In this document: positions 46,146 through 56,018 of the stretch, one piece after another
How positions within the stretch are numbered: the stretch's first letter is position 1
Layout: every line of letters starts with the position of its first letter
NCBI GenBank assembly: GCA_017549765.1
Contig: JAFYNM010000029.1
Span: forward strand, 93,720-157,719
Source: Bacteroidales bacterium
GTDB lineage: Bacteria; Bacteroidota; Bacteroidia; Bacteroidales; WCHB1-69
Direction: 5' to 3'
Length of the DNA stretch: 64,000 nt
The notes under the pieces: model-generated
What the model was told of the DNA's origin: nothing
What the model saw: the letters and a program-made list of their open reading frames with translations, nothing else
The model's database searches: none
Program-made: the position numbers and the translations under genes

Positions 46146-46562
46146 ATGAGTATCACCAACGCCTTTCGCAACGCCTTTGAGCGCAAGATGGAGAAGAACT
46201 GGGACAAGATATATGTCCTGGTGGATATCCATGACACCATCCTCAAGGCTTGTTATGAGCATGTGGAGAGCTATGACTATTTCCCAATGGCCAAAGAGGC
46301 CCTTCAAGAGCTCTCCGCTCGTCAGGATATCTGTCTCATCCTGTGGTCGAGTTGTTATCCGGAGAAACTGGATAGCTACTTGGGCAAGTTTGAGCATGAC
46401 GGCATCCACTTCGACTATGTCAACCTGAATCCGGAGGTCGTCAACACCTCCCTCGCCTGCTTTGACGACAAGCTCTATTTCAATGTCGGCATTGACGACA
46501 AGTTCGGCTTTGATGCAGATGCCGACTGGGCGGAAGTGTTGGAGGTTTTGGAAGAATATTAG
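46146..46562 (+). CDS. Small hypothetical protein, possibly HAD-superfamily-like
   Basis: 138 aa. YVLVDIHDTIL sits where a HAD motif I (hhhhDxDxT) would be, with His in place of the second Asp. LILWSS and GIDDK are possible motifs II and IV. Weak assignment. Confidence 0.5.
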   Translation: MSITNAFRNAFERKMEKNWDKIYVLVDIHDTILKACYEHVESYDYFPMAKEALQELSARQDICLILWSSCYPEKLDSYLGKFEHDGIHFDYVNLNPEVVNTSLACFDDKLYFNVGIDDKFGFDADADWAEVLEVLEEY

Positions 46563-46619
46563 TTTTCAGCCGGTTATACGGTTAAAGGGTTAAGAAAACT
46601 TCTTTCTTTCCCTGGACAT

Positions 46620-46658
46620 AAAAAAAAATCCCGACATCTTTCGATGACGGGATTTTTT
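46620..46658. terminator. Bidirectional rho-independent terminator between convergent genes
   Basis: Stem atcccgacatc (46628-46638) pairs with gatgacgggat (46643-46653), with one A-A mismatch and loop tttc. A9 upstream and T6 downstream. Confidence 0.85.
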
Positions 46659-46678
46659 GTCAGTATAGTGTTGGAGAA

Positions 46679-49600
46679 TTAGCGGGCAACCGTGAATTTC
46701 TGGTTGATGACGCCATTCTCGGTATTCACTCTCACCATGTAGATGCCATTAGCAAGATTGCTGATGTTGATCTGGGTGTAGTTGTCGTTGGCATTGAGCG
46801 TTTGAACGGTCTGACCCATGATGTTCATGATCTCCACAGATTGGATGTTGGAGTTGGCCGTCACATTCAACACTTCGGTAGCGGGATTCGGATAGATGGA
46901 AACGTTGTTCTCCACATTCTGAACACCCACACCAGCCGTAACGGAGATGTCATCGATCTTCATTCTGAACATGTCGGTGCAGTTAGTATGAACGAAGGCA
47001 ATGTAGATGGTCTGATCCGGATAGTTCAAGTTGACATGTCTGTCTAACCAGTCACCGCTGGAGATCGTCTCGGTATAGAGGGTGGTGAATGCACTCAAAT
47101 CCGTGGTGGTGGTGGAAACCTTCACCTCATAGTAATCAGCAGGATAGTTGGGATCCTGGGCAGCAACCCACCATTCCAGAGAAGCACCGTTGCTCGGAAT
47201 TGAGAGAGCCGGGGTGATCAACCAGTTGTCGGGTGTCAAAGCACCTACGTAGTTGATGTAGGACTCAGAAGTGTAGCTGTAGTTGCCAGTGTGGGCCGGT
47301 TTGGTGTCGGTAGCTTCTTCAAGACGCCATACGTTGCCGTCGCCATCATTGTCGATGTTCAGCCAGCAGCCATTGATGTCGCTTTCGAAACCTTCAGTGA
47401 ACGGCAGAGATTGAGCTTGGCTGCAATCCATGGCATTACCCGTCAGAGCGATGGTAGCGGTAAGAGAACCACTGGTCAGGGTCACCGTTCCGTTTTGCGT
47501 ACCCACAGCGGTAGGAGCATAACGAACATAGATAGGAGCCTCCACGATGGAAGCCTGTGCAATCGTAGCGCTGGCGCCGAAGGTGTTGCCATCGGTGGAC
47601 ACCTCAAACGGAGCATCCACGCTCACCGTGATGTCATTCGTCAAAGAGTAGGCTGCGATATTGGCAGTCTGGGCAGAAGTGACAGTGCCGGCAACTGAGG
47701 AGAAAGTCATGGAAGTGGGATCCACGGCCAAAGAGGCAGCAGGCAGTTCCGCAACGGTAAAGTTGTCTAAGAAGAGATAATATTGGTCAGCATCGGACTC
47801 AACCTTGATAGCGACACGGATGGTCTGGTTGGCGTATGCAGAGAGGTCGAAGTTCTGGACGGCCGGCGTAGTGTTGGTAACCGTCACAGTAGGAACGATA
47901 TTGACTGCATTGGCGATAGTGCCGTTGGCAGGAATAGCCCAAACAGAGAATTTCTCAGTATAACCGTTGCAATAGTAGTCAATATGACCGTACATGTTGC
48001 TGGCTACCTGGATCTCAGGAGAAATCAGATAGTCATTGGCAGCGTTGGTGGAGCTATACACATAAGCGGCCACCCACTCACCACTAACAGTACCATAGAC
48101 AATGGTTCTGTCATCGTTGTTAGCATTCTCAATCACCCAGCAAGCGCGTGTCTCAGAGGTGTCAGAGAAAGTCTCGACAAACGGGAATTGGTTGATGACA
48201 TCGCATTCAACACCCGTACCGGTAACCGTAACGGTGTCAGAAGCACCAAGTGTGCTGACAACCACCACATCATTGACAGTAGTAGCAGTGGTAGGAGCAA
48301 AAGCCACATAGAAGGTCTGGTTCAACACTGAACTGGTCGGAGTAGGAATGGTCACAGAAGTGCTGTAGGTGGTATTATCCAGAGAAACGCTGAAAGGAGC
48401 CACAGCAGTGATGGTGATATCGTTGCTGGCGTTCAGAATGGTTAGATCTACCGTACTTGTCGTGGTCGTGCCAGTGGGAATAACACCGAAATCAATAGAG
48501 GTCGGGGTCAAGGTGATGCTGGCAGCTGTGGAGGCAAATACAGAGAAGTTGTCGATGTACAATCTGTATTGGTCGGCAGCAGATGTACACTTGATGGCGA
48601 TTCTATAAGTGCCCGTCAAGTTACTCAGAGGAACATATTGGGTCATAGGAGCGGAAGAAGTGTTGTTGGCCGTAACAGTGTTCACCAGCACTACGGTGTC
48701 GGTACCCAAAGCATAGACCATAAAGCTCTCGGGATATGAAGAAAGGCCTACCCAATAATCAAAGGAAGCCATCTCATTGCCTGTCAGGACAAACTCCGGA
48801 GAGATCAGATAGTCATCAGCAGCGTTGGTACCATTATAGGTGTAATAAGCATAACCGGAAGCGGTTGCAATGGTGAACGTAGAGGCATCATTATTGGCAT
48901 CCACAACATCCCAGCAAGAAGCCAAACCATCATTGTCGAAGCCAAAGTTGTAAGGATAACTGGTTACCGTACAGCTTATAGCACTACCCGTCAGGGCGAC
49001 AGTATCCGTGGTGGCGCCTGCAGAAGCAATCGTCATCGTGCCATTATCGGTACCGACAGCCGTAGGAGTATAGCGGACATAAAGAGTGGCATTCGTGATG
49101 TTGCCAGCGCCAGTCGTGGCCGTAAGCGTAGCCGTAGTGCCATAGGTGACACCGTCAGCAGAAACGGAGAACGGAGCAGCAGTGGTAACCGTGATGTTGC
49201 CAGTCAGAGAATAAGCAGTGACGGTGACGGTCTGATCAGCATTGTTGTTTATGGCAGTTTGGCCAAAATCAATGTCAGATGTAGCCGTAATCGTAGGAGT
49301 GGAAGGCAGAGAGCCGAATTGCACGTCGTCAATGTTCAACCAGAACATGTCGGTAACATTGTAGTGACGGATAGCCACATAGATGTTCTGTCCCGCGTAT
49401 GCGTTCAGGCTGATGGCGACACGCTGATACTCGTTGGTGGATACACCTTGATACACAGAGGTAAAGGCAGTGGTGTCCATCGTTGTGGTGGACACATACA
49501 CGCCAAACACCTCAGCGGAATAAGTGGCATCCTGACCTCTATACCAGAAGGAGATAGAGTCGCCAGCGCTCACTGCCAATTGCGGAGTGATCAACCAGTT

Positions 49601-49849
49601 GTCTGGAGTCAAAGCACCTACGTAATTAACGTAAGATGCAGATGTGATACATGCATCGCCTGAATGTACGTTGAAAGTACCAACGGTAGATGAAGAAACC
49701 CAGTTGTACCCGTCGCCGTCAGCATCGATAGCTGTCCAGCCGGCCGGAACCGTAGCTCCCTCAAAACTCTCATTCAGGAAGGTCACCTGTGCCTTGGCAC
49801 AGAAACTCATCACGAACAAAGCGATGAATAGAGTAAAAATCTTTTTCAT
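46679..49849 (-). CDS. Large modular T9SS cargo: four choice-of-anchor-J / cleaved-adhesin-like domains, three Ig-like domains and a type-A C-terminal sorting domain
   Basis: 1056 aa with signal peptide MKKIFTLFIALFVMSFCAKAQ. Repeated domain starts: FLNESFEG...WTAIDADGDGYNW...LTPDNWLITP (res ~22-180) and LPFTEGFES...NIDNDGDGNVW...LTPDNWLITP (res ~810-970), plus two DDYLISPE variants. Ig-like units: APFSVSADGVTYG, APFSVSLDNTTYS, APFEVSTDGNTFG. C-terminal tail: SIYPNPATEVLNV...LANGIYMVRVNTENGVINQKFTVAR. Confidence 0.85.
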   Translation of the reverse strand: MKKIFTLFIALFVMSFCAKAQVTFLNESFEGATVPAGWTAIDADGDGYNWVSSSTVGTFNVHSGDACITSASYVNYVGALTPDNWLITPQLAVSAGDSISFWYRGQDATYSAEVFGVYVSTTTMDTTAFTSVYQGVSTNEYQRVAISLNAYAGQNIYVAIRHYNVTDMFWLNIDDVQFGSLPSTPTITATSDIDFGQTAINNNADQTVTVTAYSLTGNITVTTAAPFSVSADGVTYGTTATLTATTGAGNITNATLYVRYTPTAVGTDNGTMTIASAGATTDTVALTGSAISCTVTSYPYNFGFDNDGLASCWDVVDANNDASTFTIATASGYAYYTYNGTNAADDYLISPEFVLTGNEMASFDYWVGLSSYPESFMVYALGTDTVVLVNTVTANNTSSAPMTQYVPLSNLTGTYRIAIKCTSAADQYRLYIDNFSVFASTAASITLTPTSIDFGVIPTGTTTTSTVDLTILNASNDITITAVAPFSVSLDNTTYSTSVTIPTPTSSVLNQTFYVAFAPTTATTVNDVVVVSTLGASDTVTVTGTGVECDVINQFPFVETFSDTSETRACWVIENANNDDRTIVYGTVSGEWVAAYVYSSTNAANDYLISPEIQVASNMYGHIDYYCNGYTEKFSVWAIPANGTIANAVNIVPTVTVTNTTPAVQNFDLSAYANQTIRVAIKVESDADQYYLFLDNFTVAELPAASLAVDPTSMTFSSVAGTVTSAQTANIAAYSLTNDITVSVDAPFEVSTDGNTFGASATIAQASIVEAPIYVRYAPTAVGTQNGTVTLTSGSLTATIALTGNAMDCSQAQSLPFTEGFESDINGCWLNIDNDGDGNVWRLEEATDTKPAHTGNYSYTSESYINYVGALTPDNWLITPALSIPSNGASLEWWVAAQDPNYPADYYEVKVSTTTTDLSAFTTLYTETISSGDWLDRHVNLNYPDQTIYIAFVHTNCTDMFRMKIDDISVTAGVGVQNVENNVSIYPNPATEVLNVTANSNIQSVEIMNIMGQTVQTLNANDNYTQINISNLANGIYMVRVNTENGVINQKFTVAR

Positions 49850-49930
49850 TTTTTGAGTAGATTTTGGTTAATAAAATGTTGATAATATGTGTGTTAATAT
49901 TAATATTCCTGCTATGGGATATTAAAGTGG

Positions 49931-49938
49931 CAAAAATA
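49931..49938 (-). promoter_or_regulatory. -7 box TATTTTTG for the T9SS cargo gene
   Basis: Exact consensus match, 81 nt upstream of ATG 49849. Confidence 0.4.
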
Positions 49939-50008
49939 ACATTTATTAGTAAAAAAAAGTGAACTTCCATGTAGTTTTTTTTTATCCTCTTGAAAGCGCT
50001 AAAAAATG

Positions 50009-50016
50009 TATTTTTG
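50009..50016 (+). promoter_or_regulatory. -7 box TATTTTTG for mnmE
   Basis: Exact consensus match, 25 nt upstream of ATG 50042. It lies inside the extended track ORF that starts at 50006. Confidence 0.5.
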
Positions 50017-50041
50017 CTACCGTTTTTTTAAAGGATTATCT

Positions 50042-51418
50042 ATGGATACCATTTGTGCCATATCCACCGCCCAAGGAGTCGGTGCAATAGCCGTGGTGAG
50101 GGCTTCCGGACCACAGGCTTTTGAGATTGCCAATCGTCTCTTCCGTCCTGCTGCGGGTTTCATGTCTCTGGCCGCCATGCAGGCCAAGTATGCCCTCTTA
50201 TACGACGGGGAGCAGGTGGTGGATCAGGTGATTGTGATCAAATATGCCGCCCCGCGCTCCTACACAGGCGAGGACATGGTGGAGATCTCTTGCCATGGCT
50301 CTCTGTATATCCAAAAGAAGATTCTGGAAATGCTGATAGAGGGCGGCTGTCGCATGGCCCTTCCCGGCGAGTTCACCCAGCGCGCCTTCATGAACGGCAA
50401 GCTAGACCTGCCGCAGGCGGAGGCCGTCGGCGACCTGATCAGTTCCCAAAGCGAGACCTCCCACCATCTGGCCATCAACCAACTGCAAGGCGGCATCTCC
50501 ACCAAGATGCGGCAACTGCGGGAAGCGCTCATCCATATTGCCTCCTTGTTGGAACTGGAACTGGACTTTAGCGAAGAAGATGTCTCCTTTGCCAACCGGG
50601 AGGAACTAGACCGTCTGCTGACAGACATCGGCACTGAGGCCGACAACCTTGCGCAGTCGTTCAAGATTGGCAATTTGCTGAAGACGGGCATACCGGTGGC
50701 TATCGTCGGCAGGCCTAACGTGGGCAAGTCCACCCTTCTGAACGCATTGTTGCAACACGATCGCGCCATCGTCTCACAGGTGCCCGGCACCACACGCGAC
50801 ACCATCGAGGACACGCTCACCTTAGGAGGCACCCTGTTCCGTTTCATAGACACCGCCGGACTGCGCACCACCAGCGACGAGGTGGAGCAGTATGGCATCG
50901 ATCGCTCCTACGAGGCTGCCCGCCGCGCCGCCATCATCCTCTATCTCTGTGACAACTCCCATCAGACGCTCCCCGAGATTTTGGATGACTTTCACCAGCT
51001 TCAACAGCAAGTAGATACACAGGACAAGCATATTATCTTTATTTTCAACAAAATAGACCTTGACAACAACTTGTCGGGCGGATATAAGGACAAGATAGAA
51101 GATGTATATCCCGCCATCGCCATCTCTGCAAAGACACGACAATATATTAATATGGTAGAAGATGCCTTGCTGGACTTTGTGGAATCCCATCGCGTGCAGG
51201 ATATGGCCCTGCTAACCAACGAGCGGCATTATGGACTTCTAAGAAGCATCTCCGCATCTATCGCGGATGCCCGTAATGGTCTTGCCGACGGCATCCCCAC
51301 CGACCTGCTGGTGGAAGACATCCGTTCGGCCCTGACAGATCTCGGCACCTTGACAGGAAGTATCTCTACGGATGATATCCTCAACAATATTTTTGGACAT
51401 TTCTGTATCGGGAAATAA
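50042..51418 (+). CDS. mnmE: tRNA modification GTPase MnmE
   Basis: MDTICAISTAQGVGAIAVVRASGP N-terminus. G1 motif GRPNVGKSTLLNAL. C-terminal FCIGK motif. Confidence 0.95.
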   Translation: MDTICAISTAQGVGAIAVVRASGPQAFEIANRLFRPAAGFMSLAAMQAKYALLYDGEQVVDQVIVIKYAAPRSYTGEDMVEISCHGSLYIQKKILEMLIEGGCRMALPGEFTQRAFMNGKLDLPQAEAVGDLISSQSETSHHLAINQLQGGISTKMRQLREALIHIASLLELELDFSEEDVSFANREELDRLLTDIGTEADNLAQSFKIGNLLKTGIPVAIVGRPNVGKSTLLNALLQHDRAIVSQVPGTTRDTIEDTLTLGGTLFRFIDTAGLRTTSDEVEQYGIDRSYEAARRAAIILYLCDNSHQTLPEILDDFHQLQQQVDTQDKHIIFIFNKIDLDNNLSGGYKDKIEDVYPAIAISAKTRQYINMVEDALLDFVESHRVQDMALLTNERHYGLLRSISASIADARNGLADGIPTDLLVEDIRSALTDLGTLTGSISTDDILNNIFGHFCIGK

Positions 51419-51429
51419 ACCTATCGACG

Positions 51430-52125
51430 ATGACAAAGAAAATGAGTTACCAATATGATTACTGGCGTCCAGCCATGACCGTTGACAATGTGGTCCTGAA
51501 TTTCGATGGCAACCAATTGCGGATGCTGCTCATTCGAAGAAAAAACGAACCTTTCAAAGACCAATGGGCTTTTCCCGGCGGCTTCTTGGACGAAGAAGAG
51601 ACCTTGGAAGAGGCTGCCCAGCGCGAACTGAAAGAAGAGACTGGCATCAACAAAAAGCCGTTCATCCAGTTGGGCACCTTCAGCCGGGTGGACCGCGACC
51701 CGCGCGGGCGCACCATCACTACCGCTTTTCTCACCATGACCCGACCAAACGAATCGCTAGTCAAGGCTCAAGACGATGCGGCGGAAGCGTGCTGGTTTCC
51801 CGTCCACAACATGCCCGTGTTGGCTTTCGACCACGAAGAGATCTTTCGGAAAACACAACTCATCTTGCGGGTGCTCTTTGTCACCACCCCTGTCCCTTTC
51901 CTCCTGATGAATGACCTCTTCACGCTTCCCGAAATGCAACGGCTTTACTCCGAGGTCTTTGAGCTCGAATTCGACCGCAGGAACTTTCAGAAGAAGTTCA
52001 TCGCTTCCGGCATATTGTCACCCGTTGCCAACGACAACAAGGAACGCAGTAACGCGCCCGTCTATTATCGTTTCAACCAAGGCGGGTTCTATACTTACCA
52101 GAAGAAAAAATTTCACATTGGCTAA
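51430..52125 (+). CDS. NUDIX hydrolase with a C-terminal winged-helix-like extension (NrtR-like architecture)
   Basis: 231 aa. Complete Nudix box GFLDEEETLEEAAQRELKEETGI (Gx5Ex7REx2EExGU). The C-terminal ~90 aa (LFTLPEMQRLYSEVFELEFDRRNFQKKFIASGIL) resemble the NrtR DNA-binding domain. Confidence 0.75.
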   Translation: MTKKMSYQYDYWRPAMTVDNVVLNFDGNQLRMLLIRRKNEPFKDQWAFPGGFLDEEETLEEAAQRELKEETGINKKPFIQLGTFSRVDRDPRGRTITTAFLTMTRPNESLVKAQDDAAEACWFPVHNMPVLAFDHEEIFRKTQLILRVLFVTTPVPFLLMNDLFTLPEMQRLYSEVFELEFDRRNFQKKFIASGILSPVANDNKERSNAPVYYRFNQGGFYTYQKKKFHIG

Positions 52126-52133
52126 TGGGCAGC

Positions 52134-53624
52134 CTATAGCTCCTTGCGCAAGCGAGCAACCGGGATGTTAAGCTGCTCCCTGTACTTGGCCACCGTGCGG
52201 CGGGCCACTGACAGACCTTGTTCATTCATGGCCGCACACAACTCCTCATCCGACATCGGCTTGCGTTTGTTCTCCGACTGTATCAGGCTGGACAACAGAC
52301 TCTTGATCTTCTTGGAGGAGACATCTTCCTGATTGACTGATTCCGAGAAGAGATGCTTGACCGGTATGATGCCGAAATCGGTCTGCACATACTTGCTGTT
52401 GGAAAAACGGGAGATAGTAGATACATCCAGCTTCACCTTCTCGGCAATGGTCTTGAGAATCATCGGTTTCAACGCGGCATCATCGCCAGTCAGGAAATAG
52501 TCTTGCTGATACTGCATGATTGCATACATGGTGTTGTACATGATCATCTCCCGCAGATTCAGCGTGTTGATGAAGAGTTCCCCGTTTTCCACACATTTCT
52601 TCATAAACTGCACAGCCTCCTCCTCTTTTTTATTCATCAACTTTTTGTTTTGCCACATGGGGCTGGCATATTCCTGCTTGATGCGAATCTTGGGGATATA
52701 CTGGTTGTTGAGAGCAAGTACCAGTTTGTTGTCTTGCGCGGTAATGGTGAAGTCGGGAGTGATGTGCGAGCCGGACCTTTCCAATTCAGAGCCGGAATCA
52801 ACGGGCTTGGGATCCAGAGAACGGATCATCTTGAGCACCTGTTGCATGGTATCGTCTGAAATACCGAGAATACTGGTGATTTTTTCAAAATGTTTTTTCG
52901 AGAACAGATCAAAATAATCTACCAGGATCTTGATGGCATACCGGGTGATATCCGTCGGCTGGGACTGGCGGCGCAGTTGGATGAGCAGGCACTCTTGGAG
53001 ACTGCGGGCGCCCGTGCCGGGCGGGTCCAGCTCCTGAACGTACTGTACCAGAACACGTTCTACCTCAGCAACGGTGGTGTCGATATTGTAATCGTATAGC
53101 AACTCATTCACAACGACTTGCAAATCCAGCGTGAAATAGCCGTCATCATCCAGATTGCCCATCAGATAGTTGGCAATACGGCTTTCCTGATCGGTCATGG
53201 TCATCTCTCCCAGCTGGATCATCCAATCTTCCCGAACAGATTTCTGATAGACACCGAAGCTGTCTCGCGGCGTGCGTGCCTCAGGAGCGTTGATCCGTTG
53301 CAATGCACGCTCAGTCACGTAATCGTCCATCTCCTCCTCGTTGTAATAGTCTTCGTTGAAGATTTCATCCTCCGTAAGAGGGGTGGAGACGTCAAAGGGG
53401 ATGCCGTTTTCATCATATTCCTCCCGTTCCTCGTCCGGCATCTCATAGTCGGTATCGGGGAGTTCCGGCATCAACTCCAAGGCAGGGTTGTCTTCCACCT
53501 CTTTCAGGATCTCCTGTTCCAAAGAGACAGACGGCATCTCCACCAGCTGCATCAAACGGATGGTCTGCTGTGTGGCAGTCTGTCTTTGCTCGATTTTCTG
53601 TTCTTGGGTCTGTTTTGCCGGCAT
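52134..53624 (-). CDS. rpoN: RNA polymerase sigma-54 factor
   Basis: 496 aa. Gln-rich N-terminus and acidic region II. C-terminal RpoN box ARRTVAKYREQLNIPVARLRK. Confidence 0.95.
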   Translation of the reverse strand: MPAKQTQEQKIEQRQTATQQTIRLMQLVEMPSVSLEQEILKEVEDNPALELMPELPDTDYEMPDEEREEYDENGIPFDVSTPLTEDEIFNEDYYNEEEMDDYVTERALQRINAPEARTPRDSFGVYQKSVREDWMIQLGEMTMTDQESRIANYLMGNLDDDGYFTLDLQVVVNELLYDYNIDTTVAEVERVLVQYVQELDPPGTGARSLQECLLIQLRRQSQPTDITRYAIKILVDYFDLFSKKHFEKITSILGISDDTMQQVLKMIRSLDPKPVDSGSELERSGSHITPDFTITAQDNKLVLALNNQYIPKIRIKQEYASPMWQNKKLMNKKEEEAVQFMKKCVENGELFINTLNLREMIMYNTMYAIMQYQQDYFLTGDDAALKPMILKTIAEKVKLDVSTISRFSNSKYVQTDFGIIPVKHLFSESVNQEDVSSKKIKSLLSSLIQSENKRKPMSDEELCAAMNEQGLSVARRTVAKYREQLNIPVARLRKEL

Positions 53625-53631
53625 TGTTTAG

Positions 53632-53658
53632 AAAAAAGGGGCGTCGAGAAACGCCCCT
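53632..53658 (-). terminator. Rho-independent terminator after asnS, 7 nt upstream of the rpoN ATG
   Basis: Stem aggggcg (53637-53643) pairs with cgcccct (53652-53658), with an 8-nt loop. On the minus strand it is followed by T6 (53637-53632), then ctaaaca, then ATG 53624. Confidence 0.75.
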
Positions 53659-53674
53659 GGATTATGATTTACGA

Positions 53675-55072
53675 TTAGAATTCAGCATTTTGCGGGGTTC
53701 TCGGGAACGGGATCACGTCGCGGATATTGGTCATGCCTGTCACGAACAACAGCAGACGTTCGAAGCCCAGACCGAAGCCGGAATGGGGCGCGGAACCGAA
53801 CTTGCGGGTCTCGAAATACCACCAATACTGCTGTTCCGTCATATTCAGCTCATGGACACGGTTGAGCAGTTTCTGGTAGTCAGCCTCACGCTCGGAGCCG
53901 CCGATGATCTCACCGATAGTCGGGAAGAGCACATCCATGGCACGGACTGTCTTGCCGTCGTCGTTCTGCTTCATGTAGAAAGCCTTGATCTCCTTCGGAT
54001 AGTTCGTCAGGATGACCGGACGTTTGAAATGGTTCTCCACGAGGTAGCGCTCATGTTCAGACTGGAGGTCTATGCCCCACTCTACCTTGTAGTCGAACTT
54101 CTTGTCGGCCTTCAGCAGAATGTCAATGGCAGAGGTGTAGTCCAAGCGCACGAACGGCTCTTTGAGGACGGACTCGAGACGATTGATGAGCTCCTTGTCG
54201 AACATATCGTTCAAGAAGCGCAGATCATCCATATTGTTGTCGAGGGCATACTGCACCAGATATTTGATGAAGTCCTCGGCGAGGTCCATATTGTCGGTGA
54301 TGTCGTAGAAGGCCATCTCGGGTTCAATCATCCAGAACTCGGCCAAGTGACGGGGCGTGTTGCTGTTCTCGGCGCGGAATGTCGGGCCGAAAGTGTAGAT
54401 GTTGCCCAACGCCAGTGCGCCGAGCTCGCCTTCCAGCTGTCCGGAGACCGTCAGGTTGGTATGCTTGCCGAAGAAATCCTTCTTATAGTCCACCTGACCG
54501 TCCTCTGTGCGGGGCACGTTGTTGAGGTCGAAGGTGGTCACATTGAACATCTCGCCGGCGCCTTCCGCATCAGAGCCGGTGATCAATGGGGTGTGCAGAT
54601 AGAAGAAGCCTCTGTCGTTGAAATATTTGTGGATGGCGAAGGCCATGGCATGGCGCAGACGGAGCACGCAACCGAAATAGTTGGTACGGGGACGCAAGTG
54701 CGCAATCTCACGCAGGAACTCCATGGAGTGCCCCTTTTTCTGCAAAGGATATACCTCCGGGTCTGCGGTGCCGTAGATCTCAATCATAGAGGCCTGCACC
54801 TCCATAGTCTGACCTTTGCCTTGCGACTCCACGAGGATGCCGTCCACATGAAGACAGGAACCCGTGGTGATCTGCTTGAGCAACGCTTCGTCAAACTTGG
54901 TGGGGTCCACCACGATCTGCAGGTTGGAGACGATGGAGCCATCATTAAGGGCGATAAAGGCGACGTTGCTATTGCCACGTTTGGTTCTCACCCACCCTTT
55001 CACACAGACCTCGTTGCCAAAGCCTATCTCTTCCGGGTGTTTCAGAATATCTTTGATTCTACTTCTTTTCAT
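53675..55072 (-). CDS. asnS: Asparagine--tRNA ligase
   Basis: 465 aa. N-terminal OB fold ([25 protein letters not shown]). Class II motifs: [19 protein letters not shown] and [15 protein letters not shown]. Confidence 0.95.
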   Translation of the reverse strand: MKRSRIKDILKHPEEIGFGNEVCVKGWVRTKRGNSNVAFIALNDGSIVSNLQIVVDPTKFDEALLKQITTGSCLHVDGILVESQGKGQTMEVQASMIEIYGTADPEVYPLQKKGHSMEFLREIAHLRPRTNYFGCVLRLRHAMAFAIHKYFNDRGFFYLHTPLITGSDAEGAGEMFNVTTFDLNNVPRTEDGQVDYKKDFFGKHTNLTVSGQLEGELGALALGNIYTFGPTFRAENSNTPRHLAEFWMIEPEMAFYDITDNMDLAEDFIKYLVQYALDNNMDDLRFLNDMFDKELINRLESVLKEPFVRLDYTSAIDILLKADKKFDYKVEWGIDLQSEHERYLVENHFKRPVILTNYPKEIKAFYMKQNDDGKTVRAMDVLFPTIGEIIGGSEREADYQKLLNRVHELNMTEQQYWWYFETRKFGSAPHSGFGLGFERLLLFVTGMTNIRDVIPFPRTPQNAEF

Positions 55073-55084
55073 TCCTCAGGCCTC

Positions 55085-55951
55085 CTAGTTTAAATAAGAT
55101 TGTAAAACACGGCATTTCGGGTTATGACGCAGCTTGCGGATAGCTTTCTCCTTGATCTGGCGCACGCGCTCGCGGGTCAGGTCGAATTGCTCGCCAATCT
55201 CATCCAACGTCATCGGGTGTTTGTACCCCAGTCCGTAATAAAGCTTCAAGATGTCAGCCTCACGCTGTGGCAGTGTCTCGATGATGCTGCCGATTTCATG
55301 CTGCAGAGACTCGTGAATCAAGGCAGTGTCTGGCGGTTCCACACTCTCGGAAGGATATACATCGTAGAGATTGGAGTCATCGTCCTTCGTCAGCGTGGCA
55401 TCCATGGAGAGATGGCGCGGGGCGTTCTTCAAAGACTCTTTCACCTCCGTTTCGGTGAGGTCCAGACGCTCGGCGATCTCTGAGAGACGCGGCTCACGTT
55501 GATACTCCTGCTCCAGAATGGCGATGGTCTTGGTGATCTTGCTGATGGTGCCCACCTTGTTCATCGGGAGACGCACGATACGCGACTGCTCCGCGATGGC
55601 TTGCAGGATGGCCTGACGGATCCACCATACCGCAAAGGAGATGAATTTGAAACCACGGGTCTCGTCAAAACGACGGGCCGCCTTGATCAATCCGAGGTTG
55701 CCCTCGTTGATCAAGTCTGACAAGGTGATACCTTGATTCTGATATTGCTTGGCAACAGAAACCACAAAACGCAAGTTCGCATTCGTCAGCTTCTCCAACG
55801 CGTCCTCGTCACCCGCCTTGATCTTGCGGGCCAATTCAGCCTCTTCATCAGCGGTCAACAACGGGACTTTGCCAATCTCATGCAGATACTTGTCCAGAGA
55901 TGCAGTCTCGTTTCGGTTTGTAACCTGTTTGGTAATGTGTAATTGTCTCAT
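55085..55951 (-). CDS. rpoD: Primary RNA polymerase sigma-70 factor (Bacteroidota short RpoD type)
   Basis: 288 aa. Region 2: [38 protein letters not shown]. Region 4: [29 protein letters not shown]. Confidence 0.93.
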   Translation of the reverse strand: MRQLHITKQVTNRNETASLDKYLHEIGKVPLLTADEEAELARKIKAGDEDALEKLTNANLRFVVSVAKQYQNQGITLSDLINEGNLGLIKAARRFDETRGFKFISFAVWWIRQAILQAIAEQSRIVRLPMNKVGTISKITKTIAILEQEYQREPRLSEIAERLDLTETEVKESLKNAPRHLSMDATLTKDDDSNLYDVYPSESVEPPDTALIHESLQHEIGSIIETLPQREADILKLYYGLGYKHPMTLDEIGEQFDLTRERVRQIKEKAIRKLRHNPKCRVLQSYLN

Positions 55952-56018
55952 CTATAATCTAGAATTTTAAAAGTATGGTTTTCCTCTTACGAAAAAACCG
56001 GATAATTTGTTACAATCA

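Noticed and set aside
53570-55093. 507-aa plus-strand ORF
   Set aside because: It is antisense to asnS and the rpoN 5' end. asnS carries class II synthetase motifs; the antisense product has none.
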